Assembly: GCA_050949565.1 (NCBI GenBank)
Contig: JBMNFY010000017.1
Location: forward strand, 544,001 to 608,000
DNA: 64,000 nt
DNA from: Kiritimatiellia bacterium
Lineage (GTDB): Bacteria > Verrucomicrobiota > Kiritimatiellia > RFP12 > UBA1067
Reading direction: 5' to 3'
Each line of letters opens with the position of its first letter. Positions within the stretch are counted from its first letter, which is position 1. Shown piece after piece: positions 1 to 8,662 of this stretch. Below the pieces are notes generated by a model. That model saw only the letters and a list, made by a program, of their open reading frames with translations. It ran no database searches and had not been told where the DNA came from. The translations under genes and the position numbers were made by a program.

Positions 1-558
1 AAAACGGTCGGTCGGATGGAACCCTGAGAATTGCATGCGTTTTCTTCTTTCGGATTCTGTCCAGAAATAGGCTCCGAACGCGCGTTCTTGAAAGTTAATG
101 CTCATAAGTTGCGCTCGGATTTCTTCGGGGACAGAAAACCCATTCAACGCTAACGGCATGCCATCGGTCCATTCGCTCCCCGTCCAAACAGGAAGGATTC
201 CCTCTTCGTGATATTTCCTGCCGCTACCTTTTGTCGTTTTGATGGCATCCTTGACAGAGCCGGAAGAGGGCGGGATTGGAATCGCAACAAGCAACTGCGA
301 CTTCCTGTAATCCACGGCCTTTTCTTTCGCAGCCGCCACGTTGTTCGTTCCGCGCAGGAATTTAACAACCTCCGTATCCCTGTCGCTATGGTACGCCGTG
401 GTCCCCGCCCTGTCAGCCAACGCGAGTTGCGACAGGCGCGACACAGGCGACACCTCATTTGTCGAAGCACAAGCGAACAGCGCTTGCGCGACAAATATGA
501 CGACGCCCGAATGAGCCAGACGAAACGTGCTGGTTCTAAAATATGAAAATGCTTTCAT
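1..558 (-). CDS. Hypothetical exported protein, paralog of 560..1213 (runs off the window edge); immunity-protein-like context
   Basis: Not in the ORF track. My translation from ATG 558 is open to position 1: MKAFSYFRTSTFRLAHSGVVIFVAQALFAC...LSQLALADRAGTTAYHSDRDTEVVK...EEGILPVWTGSEWTDGMPLALNGF. This aligns by eye with [25 protein letters not shown]...[24 protein letters not shown]. It starts 1 nt after the upstream stop. Confidence 0.75.
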   Translation of the reverse strand, partial: MKAFSYFRTSTFRLAHSGVVIFVAQALFACASTNEVSPVSRLSQLALADRAGTTAYHSDRDTEVVKFLRGTNNVAAAKEKAVDYRKSQLLVAIPIPPSSGSVKDAIKTTKGSGRKYHEEGILPVWTGSEWTDGMPLALNGFSVPEEIRAQLMSINFQERAFGAYFWTESERRKRMQFSGFHPTDRF

Positions 559-559
559 T

Positions 560-1213
560 TCACGGTGATTTCGCAGCCGGAGCGTTGGTGCCTGTGATAC
601 GCCAGATACCGAAGGTTCTGTCGTATTTGGTTTCGAAGCCAGCATAATAAAGTTTCATACGGCAAATTGTTCTTTGATTGGCTTCATGGCCCAAGGCGTC
701 ACCCTCCGCTGCATCAGCTATTCGCTTGCAGAAAGCAAAGTAATTCAGCATGCTTAGCGTCTGTAATTGGTTCGTGCAGTTAAACCCATTACAAGCCAGT
801 CTTGTCCCATCGATCCACGCCGAACCTAACCATACGGGGACAACGTGCTCTTCTGCTAGTTTAGTCCAGATTTTTTCAATGTCTGACTTTGTGTTCAGTG
901 TGCCATTGGATATGCTGCCCCATGCCGGCAAGGCCGCGAGAAGTGCCCTTTCTTTGGCAGATTTACCGACAACAATCTCCTCGGAAGAGCTTTCCGTATA
1001 CCCGATTTTCACCAGTTCGTCTTCTCTGTTGCTTCGATAGTCACTTGATCCGGAAAAGTCCTCCAAACTCAATCGACGATAAACATTGATATAGTTTTGA
1101 AACTCCACATCAACTGAAACAGTCCCGTTCGAAGCAACTTGCTGCCCGTTCGACAGACACCTTGTTGCTCCAAACGCGATCATACCAACGATAACCAATC
1201 TTGACGTAATCAT
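560..1213 (-). CDS. Hypothetical exported protein (signal peptide), low-GC
   Basis: 217 aa ORF with RBS GGAGG upstream and a hydrophobic N-terminus; a tandem paralog follows downstream. Confidence 0.75.
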
Positions 1214-1228
1214 CTGATAGCCTCCCTT

Positions 1229-2356
1229 TTACGGATGAGTGAAACTCATTGTGCCTGCGGCATTTGTCGTTGCTGTCGTCAGGTTGTCCCATGTCTTTGT
1301 CTCAAAGGGAATACCTAACTCGGGTTGAGTATGGGCTCCACTGTCGGGGATCCCTTTTATACAATAAAGTCCGACGGTAAAATAAAGTTCAGTCTTTTGT
1401 CCAGCGAGATAGGGTTCACGTATTGGAGTGTCGGAGATATAGTGAAATCCATTTCGGATATCAGGCGGATAAATCGGATTATCTGTTCGAGAATCTATTA
1501 CGTCATTCACAAAATTGATGTCAACAAGTCCTCTTCCATAAAGATTCACTTTTCGGAAGACCCCGTTTGAAACACTGCAATAGCCTCTAACTTTCTGGAC
1601 AAAACAAAAATGCGACAACGACGCATCTGAAAGCGGCGTTGATTGGAAACGATGGAACGCATTTCTTTCGCTTGTAGGTGGTTCATCGATGTAGGGAATA
1701 ATAAACTGTTCAACCGACCCCGGCACACAGACGGTGACGTGGGCGGTGTTGGAGCATGCGGGGATGGCGATGGACGTGGCGGTGATCGTATAGTTGGTGC
1801 CGATGTTGCCGGGCTGGAAGATGGCGGCTTCGCCACCTCCGTCCAGAGTCGCACCGTCCGGCACCTGGGGCGAGAGCGTCCAGATGACGCCGCCGGGAGC
1901 ATAGCTGTTGGTCAGGGAGAAGACGGTGTTTTCAAGGCAACGGGGACATCCGAGAAGTTCGGGCGGCGTGATCTCGATGCTGTGCAGAGTGAGGATCACA
2001 CTCTTGCCTTCGCCTGCAAAGGGAGTGTCCGCCGGATCGGTCGCGTGGGTGCCGAGCAGTCCTGCGGTATCCTCAGCTACGAGGAACACGCCCGGCGCAA
2101 TACGGCAAAACTTTGTATTTAAGGACTTTCTTCGGGAGCGGAAGCGGATGGGTATCGTCATCGACCATGAGGTGCGCAAGTGCGTCATCATCGAAAAACC
2201 AATCAAACTCTTTGCAAGGTTATCGGGGTTATAGTTTGACACTAGGCATTTCGTGTTTCCAGCAACCTCAATACATGCGCAGCCGACCGATACAAGGCTT
2301 TGTCGGTTTTCAGCCGCGCCGCCATCTTTCCGTTGCTGCCTCGGTTGCCTCGCCAC
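1229..2356 (-). pseudogene. Mosaic ORF: repeat-derived N-terminus, GC-rich Ig-like segment and AT-rich variable C-terminal domain (orphan toxin-tip-like remnant)
   Basis: The first codons (MARQPR..KDGG) come from the 106-bp repeat also at 63848. Composition switches abruptly near 1715, from GC-rich TYTITATS..TAHVTVCVP to AT-rich GSVEQFIIPY... Confidence 0.45.
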
Positions 2357-2418
2357 GGCAATACATTACCACACCGCGAAAACGCCTCGCAACCCTTGAT
2401 TGGCCCATGTCAAAATAC
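2313..2418 (-). repeat. 106-bp dispersed repeat copy 1 (promoter-like TTGCGA-N18-TAATGT plus start of MARQPR ORF)
   Basis: About 8 mismatches versus 63848..63953 by manual comparison. Confidence 0.9.
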
Positions 2419-2537
2419 CGCGTGGGGCCTTGGCGATCTTGACGCCCTGACGGTTCCAAAAAAATTTTGTGTTTGTGTTTGTGTGAGAGAAAACTGAACG
2501 TCTTGCACCGGTCCGGCGTTTAGATATACTAAGGAGG

Positions 2538-3680
2538 ATGAAAATGAAAAAAAGTTTACTGATCTCTGTGTTGCTGTTTGCTGTGGCCGTCTCACACGCT
2601 GCTTCGCCAGCGCTTCCCGAAGCGCTTCAGAAAGAGGCGCGCGCGGCAATCGACAAGGGATTGGCTTGGCTCATCGCCAACCAAAAGGAGGGCGGTTTCT
2701 GGTCTGACGAAAGGAATCCGGCCATGACAGCGCTGCCGGTCTGGGCGATCTCCGCTGCCGGTGTTACCGCCTACTCTTCACAGGTCGACAGGGCGGTCGC
2801 CTACATTCTCTCCAAAGCCCAGCCTGACGGCGGCATCTATGTGCCTGATCCGCGACGCGGCGGCGCGGGCCTCGGCAACTACAACACCTCGCTCTGTATG
2901 ATGGGGCTGCACGCCACCGGCCGCAAAGATGTGATCCGCGTGATCCAGAAAGCGCGCGATTATACCGCCTCGACCCAGCTTGTCGGCGATGACCATCACG
3001 CTGGCGGATTCGGCTACGACAAAGGCGGCAGACGCCACACTGACCTGAACAACACCGGCATGGCCATCGACGCCATGCGCCGCACGCAGGATGTCGAGGA
3101 TCTCCGGCCGTCCGGTGAAAGACGCGCCGATCTGAACTGGGACGCCGCGCTGAAATATGTTGAAAACATGCAGCGCAAAGAGGGCGAAGACAAGGGCGGT
3201 TTTCTCTACACCCAATCGTTCGAGCCGGGCGGCATACCCGCCCCCAAAAAAGGACAGGATGGCGCAGGTGCCGCAAGCACACGGCCGCAACTCCGCGCCT
3301 ACGGATCAATCACCTATGTCGGTCTGCTCGCCATGATCCACTCGAAGCTAACGCGCGACGATCCGCGTGTACGCTCAGCGGTCGATTACTGCACCAAGCA
3401 TTGGACCCTCGACGAAAATCCGGGGCAAGGCGAACAGGGCATCTTCTTCTACTACAACATTCTGACGCGCGCCCTGAGCGCTGCGGGCATCGATGAGATT
3501 CCACAGGTAGCAGGCGGCAACCTCGCCTGGCGCGAGGAACTGGTCCGCAAGATCATCAGCCTCCAAAGGCCCGACGGCTCCTGGATCAACGATAACAACC
3601 GCTGGTGGGAAAACGACCCGGTGCTGGTGACCTCCTACAGCCTGCTGGCGCTTGAATTCGCATGCGGGCTGACGCAGTAG
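2538..3680 (+). CDS. Exported prenyltransferase/squalene oxidase repeat (alpha/alpha toroid, squalene-hopene cyclase-like) protein
   Basis: RBS AAGGAGG, signal peptide, and QW-type repeats (GLAWLIANQKEGGFW, ILSKAQPDGGI, IISLQRPDGSW). Confidence 0.85.
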   Translation: MKMKKSLLISVLLFAVAVSHAASPALPEALQKEARAAIDKGLAWLIANQKEGGFWSDERNPAMTALPVWAISAAGVTAYSSQVDRAVAYILSKAQPDGGIYVPDPRRGGAGLGNYNTSLCMMGLHATGRKDVIRVIQKARDYTASTQLVGDDHHAGGFGYDKGGRRHTDLNNTGMAIDAMRRTQDVEDLRPSGERRADLNWDAALKYVENMQRKEGEDKGGFLYTQSFEPGGIPAPKKGQDGAGAASTRPQLRAYGSITYVGLLAMIHSKLTRDDPRVRSAVDYCTKHWTLDENPGQGEQGIFFYYNILTRALSAAGIDEIPQVAGGNLAWREELVRKIISLQRPDGSWINDNNRWWENDPVLVTSYSLLALEFACGLTQ

Positions 3681-3693
3681 CCCTCAAAAAAGC

Positions 3694-3761
3694 AAACCGC
3701 CAAGGTGCCAAGAACACCAAGGAAATCATGATTTTCATGAAGTTTCATGTGCTTCATGGTT
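3694..3761. repeat. CCAAG triple module followed by a lone right-hand CATGAA inverted-repeat end
   Basis: AAACCGCCAAGGTGCCAAGAACACCAAG, then TTTCATGAAGTTTCATGTGCTTCATGGTT at 3733..3761 (1 mismatch to consensus). Confidence 0.85.
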
Positions 3762-3801
3762 CCACTTAAGCGTTGCCGGTGGCTCCGACCACGACGCGCG
3801 G

Positions 3802-5825
3802 TCAGCGAAGCCACATCAGCGTGCCTGCATTGTCGTGAAGCACTTTCAGTACGCCTGTGCCTGAGAAGTGCGTGTTGTCCTTGTACGTGGCAGCGCTGCC
3901 GCTGGCCCCGTACGTACCGGCCCGCTTCATCTTGTCACCGTAGAAGAGCCAGCCGACCGACTCATTCACGCCAGCGGCCAGATTGATCTTCGCGGTCGAA
4001 ACCCCGGACTCGGGCATCGTCACAACCGCCGTGTCAGCGATCATTGACGGATTGGTGCTGGAGAGGTCCAGCGTGCCGCTGCCGCCGACCACGATGTTAG
4101 TGCTGTTCGGGCCGAGAGAGCCGAAGTTCGACACGCTCAAGGTCCCGTTGCTGACCGTGAAGCTGCCTGAAGTCGTGTGATAGGCGTTGGTCAGTGTCAG
4201 TTTGCCGGTGCCGAGTTTAACCACGCTCACCGCACCGGTGATCATGGCGTTGTAGATCGTGTTGTCGCTCTGGTCCACCGTGAGCGTCATCGGTGCCACG
4301 CTGTACGTGACCCGCACGCCCGAACCGGCATAATCTCCTATCAACGTGCCGACGCTCTGGTCATTGCCGTTAAAGTTCAGGATCGAGCCCGCCGAGCCTT
4401 GCGACCCCTGTCGTAAAAACAGGTTGGCAGGCCAGGCGTTGGGCACGTCGACCCGGAGTTCGTTGCCGCCCGCCTCCATGGAGGTGAACGTATTCCCCGC
4501 CACGGCGATGATCACGGTACCGCCGTGCGTGTGGCAGGTGAGGCCGCCGGCGGTAATCGGCTTCTCCGCGAAGCGGATATAGGTGCCGTACACAGCCGAG
4601 CAGATAAGTCTGCCCCCGTCGACCCCGCCGACCACCTCCCAGCAGCCGTTGTTGTTGGTGCGGATGCGCGCATAGGAGGACGTGAGCTTGGCGGCCAACG
4701 TATTGGTTCCCGCGTTACTGCGCAACGTCCCCGACCAGCGGATCACATCATCACCATTTATCGTGATCGGCTCGTTCAGCGTGAATCCGCCCTCGACCAC
4801 GAGATAAGCGCCGTCTTGGACAATCGTGTTGCCCGCCGCGCTGCCCAGTGCATTCGGATGCCGGACGACAGCGTAGTTCGTCGCGATCGTTGTGACACCG
4901 CCGTAGCTATTGTTGCCGGACAGGATCAGCACGCTGTCGCCGCGCTGGGTCAGGTTGAAGGCATTGCCGCCGTCCGAGATGGCTCCGCTCACATGCAGAT
5001 ATGTGGTGCCGGTGCCGTTTTTGGTGATGTTCCAGAACTGGTGGTCGTCCAGAATCAGATCCGACGCGATCGTATAGGTCCGATCCGATGGTGACGGGGT
5101 CGAGGCACCTGCCTTGATACCGCCCCCGCCGACCGTCAGCGTGCCGGCACCAGCCGCGACAGTGAAGTCGGAGGCGGCGTTGAATGTCATCTTGGTAAAG
5201 GTCGCGGGCGTGTCCACCGTCGCCGTCGAACCGCCAGTCGCGAAAATCGCGCGCGAGAAGCCGTCGAACGAGGGCAGGGCGTCGCCGTCCCAATTCGCGG
5301 CCACGCTGAACCCGTCACCTGCACCGGTGCCGCCGCCGTCCCACACCGCATCGGCATACACGACCTGAGTCCCGCTGATGACGTTCAGTGTGCCGAGCCC
5401 GCTGAAGAAGGTGTCGTTCACATGATCCGCGCCGCTGCCGACCGCGCCCCACGTGCCCGCAATCTGCTGCTCGCCGTCCAGAAACAGTTTGTCGACGGTG
5501 ACCGTGACACCCTCCTTGATCGCGACCTTGGCACCTTCCTGCACGCGCACGGCTGTTGTGTCGGGCAGCGCGGCCGAATTGCGCAGTTCCAGCGTACCGC
5601 CGCCGACCCTGACAAGCTGGCAAGCGCTAAATCCGGCGGTTTCAGCGATCACGATGGAGCCCCCGTTGAGGACCACGTCGCCGGTAGTGGTTGAGATCAC
5701 ATTGGTGATGGTGATGCGCCCGCCGTTGTTCTTGACCAGTGTCACCGCACCGTCAAACGCGCCCGCGTAGACACTATTACCGCCCTGATTGACGGTGAGC
5801 GTCGCCGGCAGGGTACGATGTTCAT
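3802..5825 (-). pseudogene. Autotransporter-associated beta-strand (PATR) repeat protein, 5' part deleted or out of frame
   Basis: PATR motifs (LTQRGDSVLILSGNNSYGGVTTI, VVKLGTGKLTLTNAYHTTSGSFTVSNGTL). The frame begins mid-repeat (~5812) with no signal peptide. RBS GAGGAGG plus ATG at 5825 is out of frame. Ends GTLMWLR*. Confidence 0.75.
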
Positions 5826-5864
5826 CCTCCTCTGACGCAGGTTCTGACGCAGGTGCAAAACGGG

Positions 5865-5893
5865 TTCACGCCCGCCGCATCCTTTGCTATCAT
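5865..5893 (+). promoter_or_regulatory. Sigma70-like promoter of etfBA
   Basis: TTCACG-N17-TATCAT with an extended -10 TG. Confidence 0.5.
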
Positions 5894-5925
5894 GTAGGGC
5901 GTTTTGAAGCATACAAGGAGAATTC

Positions 5926-6735
5926 GTGATGAATGGATTTCAGATCGTCGTGTGCGGCAGCTTGGTGCCTGATCCGCTACAGACACTCGAACCGGTGACA
6001 ACCCCGCAAGGCCCGGGACTCAAGAACGAGACCATGTTGCCGTCGGTGCTCGACCCGTGGTCGGCCCACGCGCTGTACGAAGCGGCCAACCTCGCCAAAC
6101 AGGTGGCAGACAGCAAGGTCTATCTCGTGAGCCTCGGCCCCAAGGCCAAACTGCAGCAACTCATGATGACCGTGGCGCAGAAGGTGCCCTTCGAACTGGT
6201 CGCGTTGGATGGCAGCGCCAGTGGCTTTACCGATGCGCATGGCGTGGCGGCGGCTTTGGCCGATGCCATCGCCGCGATCCCGGGTCTCGACAAGAGCCGC
6301 CTGTTGGTCTTCGGCGGTTGTGCCTCGGCTTCACGCGACGCCAGCGTAACCATGCAACTCGTCTGCGAACGCCTCGGCATCCGTAATTTCTTCGCGGGCG
6401 TGGATGAGTTCAAGGTGGCCGAAGACGGCTCCTTCACGGTGCTGGAGCGTATCGAGGGGGGCGAATATCTGGCCTCCTCTTGCAAAGGCGCGCCCGCTGT
6501 ACTCGCCTGGGCCACGGGTAACCTGCCCGAACCGCCCAACAACCCGCAGGTCGGCATGGCAAATATGCGCGGCGTGATGCCGTCGCTGATGAAGGCCAAA
6601 CCGACCCCGTCGGGCGTCGGTGGTATCGCCTACGAAACAACCGAAATCCCGCCGCAGAAACGCCAGACCCGCATCGTCAAGGATGCCTCGGCCGACGAGA
6701 TCGCCAAAGAGATCGTCGAGTGGATCAACAACTGA
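5926..6735 (+). CDS. etfB: Electron transfer flavoprotein beta subunit
   Basis: IVVCGSLVPD, LDPWSAHALYEA, VLERIEGG; paired with the alpha subunit; RBS AAGGAG. Confidence 0.85.
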   Translation: MMNGFQIVVCGSLVPDPLQTLEPVTTPQGPGLKNETMLPSVLDPWSAHALYEAANLAKQVADSKVYLVSLGPKAKLQQLMMTVAQKVPFELVALDGSASGFTDAHGVAAALADAIAAIPGLDKSRLLVFGGCASASRDASVTMQLVCERLGIRNFFAGVDEFKVAEDGSFTVLERIEGGEYLASSCKGAPAVLAWATGNLPEPPNNPQVGMANMRGVMPSLMKAKPTPSGVGGIAYETTEIPPQKRQTRIVKDASADEIAKEIVEWINN

Positions 6736-6755
6736 TTTGAATGAGGACGCTTTCC

Positions 6756-7766
6756 ATGTCTAAGACACTCGCACTTCTGCACACCCAGGCCGACGGCTCA
6801 CTGCCCAAGGCCGCCCTTGAAACCCTCACCGCCGCCGTTGCGCTGGGCCAACCCTTCGACGTGGCGATCCTCGGCACCGGCGCGTCAGCCGCAGCCGACG
6901 CCATTCAGGGCTGCGGCGCGGCCACGTTCTACACGGTCGACGATCCGGCAGTCGCGCAGCCGCGCTATGCCACAGACACCGCCGCCGCCGTCGCATTGAT
7001 CCAGGCCGCCGGGGCTGAACTCGTGCTGGCGCCTGGGACCTCGCGATTCTCGCGCTGTCTGCCCGGTGCCGCGCACCGCGTCGACGCGCAGATCGATACC
7101 CACATCGTGGCGTTGAAGGCTGAAGGCGACACCCTGCGTGCCCAGCGTTGGTTCTACCGCCAGCGCATCCTCGGCACCTTCAGCCGCGCGGCACGCCCCT
7201 GGCTGTTGCTGCTCGACTCCGGTGTGTTCGCTCCCTGGCAGGGGGCGGCCGGCAAGGCCGACGCGCAGGCCGTAGCCGTCACCTTTGCTGAAGACGACCA
7301 GCGCACCACCGTAACCGGCGTGCAGAAGCCGGTTGCCGACGCGCAGACGATCCGGCCGGATGCGAAGCTGCTCTTCGTGGCGGGCGCGGGCTGGACCAAG
7401 AAGCAAAAAGACGGCCAGTTCCACATTGGCGATGCCAGCACACTGATCCTCGACTTCCTCGGCAAGACGCAAGCCTCGCTCGGCAGCAGCAAATCACTGG
7501 TGGACATTCAGGGCGAGGGCCAGGAGACCTTGAGTTTCATGTCGCACATGAACCAAGTGGGACAGACTGGCTCGACGCCGCGCCACCCCAAAGGCCTCGC
7601 AACCTGCTGCCACGGCGAAGAGCCGCACGCGGTCGGCTGGCGCTTCATCAACGAGCGCCGCGCAGTCAACTTGGATCCGAACTGCGGTTGGGCGCAGGGC
7701 AAAGCCGACGTGCTCTACGTGGCCGACGCCTTCGAAGTGATGGCCAAAGTCAACGCGTTGCTCTAA
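6756..7766 (+). CDS. etfA: Electron transfer flavoprotein alpha subunit
   Basis: AKLLFVAGAG, LGSSKSLVD, QVGQTG, AVNLDPN..ADVLYVADAFEV; alternative start at 6741. Confidence 0.85.
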   Translation: MSKTLALLHTQADGSLPKAALETLTAAVALGQPFDVAILGTGASAAADAIQGCGAATFYTVDDPAVAQPRYATDTAAAVALIQAAGAELVLAPGTSRFSRCLPGAAHRVDAQIDTHIVALKAEGDTLRAQRWFYRQRILGTFSRAARPWLLLLDSGVFAPWQGAAGKADAQAVAVTFAEDDQRTTVTGVQKPVADAQTIRPDAKLLFVAGAGWTKKQKDGQFHIGDASTLILDFLGKTQASLGSSKSLVDIQGEGQETLSFMSHMNQVGQTGSTPRHPKGLATCCHGEEPHAVGWRFINERRAVNLDPNCGWAQGKADVLYVADAFEVMAKVNALL

Positions 7767-7786
7767 CGCGGACGGAGCCCGTAACC

Positions 7787-7820
7787 TTCACCCCGCCCTC
7801 TTCCGGAGGGCGGGGGTGAA
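7787..7820 (+). terminator. Stem-loop after etfA
   Basis: TTCACCCCGCCCTC-TTCCG-GAGGGCGGGGGTGAA; weak U tract. Confidence 0.5.
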
Positions 7821-7864
7821 AACGGCTCTTCTTTCATTTTCACGTGTTTAAACTCCTTTCCCTG

Positions 7865-7905
7865 TTGACAGCCTTCAGCCGAGCGTGATATAAAAACCGG
7901 TATAC
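7865..7905 (+). promoter_or_regulatory. Sigma70 promoter with overlapping candidate operator AAAACCGGTATAC (copy 1)
   Basis: TTGACA-N18-TATAAA with TG extension; near-identical copy at 11526..11565. Confidence 0.7.
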
Positions 7906-7952
7906 AGCTTTTAATAACCTGTGTTTTACCAGTATGGCGAAAGGAGTCAGGC

Positions 7953-8218
7953 ATGCATGCTCAAGGACGGAGTTCGCGGTTCGCTATTTCGATCAGGACG
8001 GGAGCGGTCATCGGGCCGCCCCTTCTCACGGGGAGTATGCGACCCTTGTATTCTGCTGCATGTTCGTTATCCACTCTCGTGCCGAAACCGTGGCCTTGTG
8101 GAAGCTAGATTATGAGGCCGGTGATAGTGTCTTGAACGCGCGTTGCCTACTGAACCCGGCGCACGATTTGTTACCTTCGGGTTCCTTATGCGCTCCAGAG
8201 GGAGCCTCACACGACTAA
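7953..8218 (+). pseudogene. Decayed paralog of the 5' end of the LamG gene at 11614
   Basis: MHAQGRSSRFAISIRTGAVIG matches MHAQGRSSRFAVSIKTGAVIG, then loses frame. Another frame gives AETVALWKLD, like the TVAYWRLD domain starts of the LamG protein. Confidence 0.7.
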
Positions 8219-8236
8219 AAACCAGGGAGACACACA

Positions 8237-8662
8237 ATGAAAACCTGCCAGACTAAGAAATGCGCTTGGATGCGTACTCCGCTCATGGTCGTTTCGGTTA
8301 CGTATACAAGTATGGCTCTCGCCCTAGCCTATAACGATGTCACCGCGTGGTGGCATTTCGATTGTGATGCCGATCAGAATGAGCGAGCGGATATGTCAGA
8401 AATCCGTGACCAACGCGATTGGGGCACATCAGCGTTAAAGGGGGCGTCAGGGTATCACGCCACCTCTGTTAACGGTGGTTTGGGGGTGCCCTCATGGACA
8501 AACGAAGTCGTGAGTCCGGCGGGAGGTGCTTTGTATGGAGGGTTTGATCGCTTGTCTCAGTTGGTTGGGCAAACCCATTTTAACCTAGTATCCGCGGTGA
8601 TCACGCCCGGTAAGTGGTATGAGGCAAAGGCAGCAAAGGGGGAAACATGGACAGAAGGGTGA
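8237..8662 (+). pseudogene. Truncated secreted LamG-like protein
   Basis: Signal peptide followed by DVTAWWHFD (LamG-type domain start); only 141 aa. Confidence 0.45.

Noticed and set aside
2538-3680. True squalene-hopene cyclase (shc)
   Set aside because: Single domain with a signal peptide and no DXDD motif.
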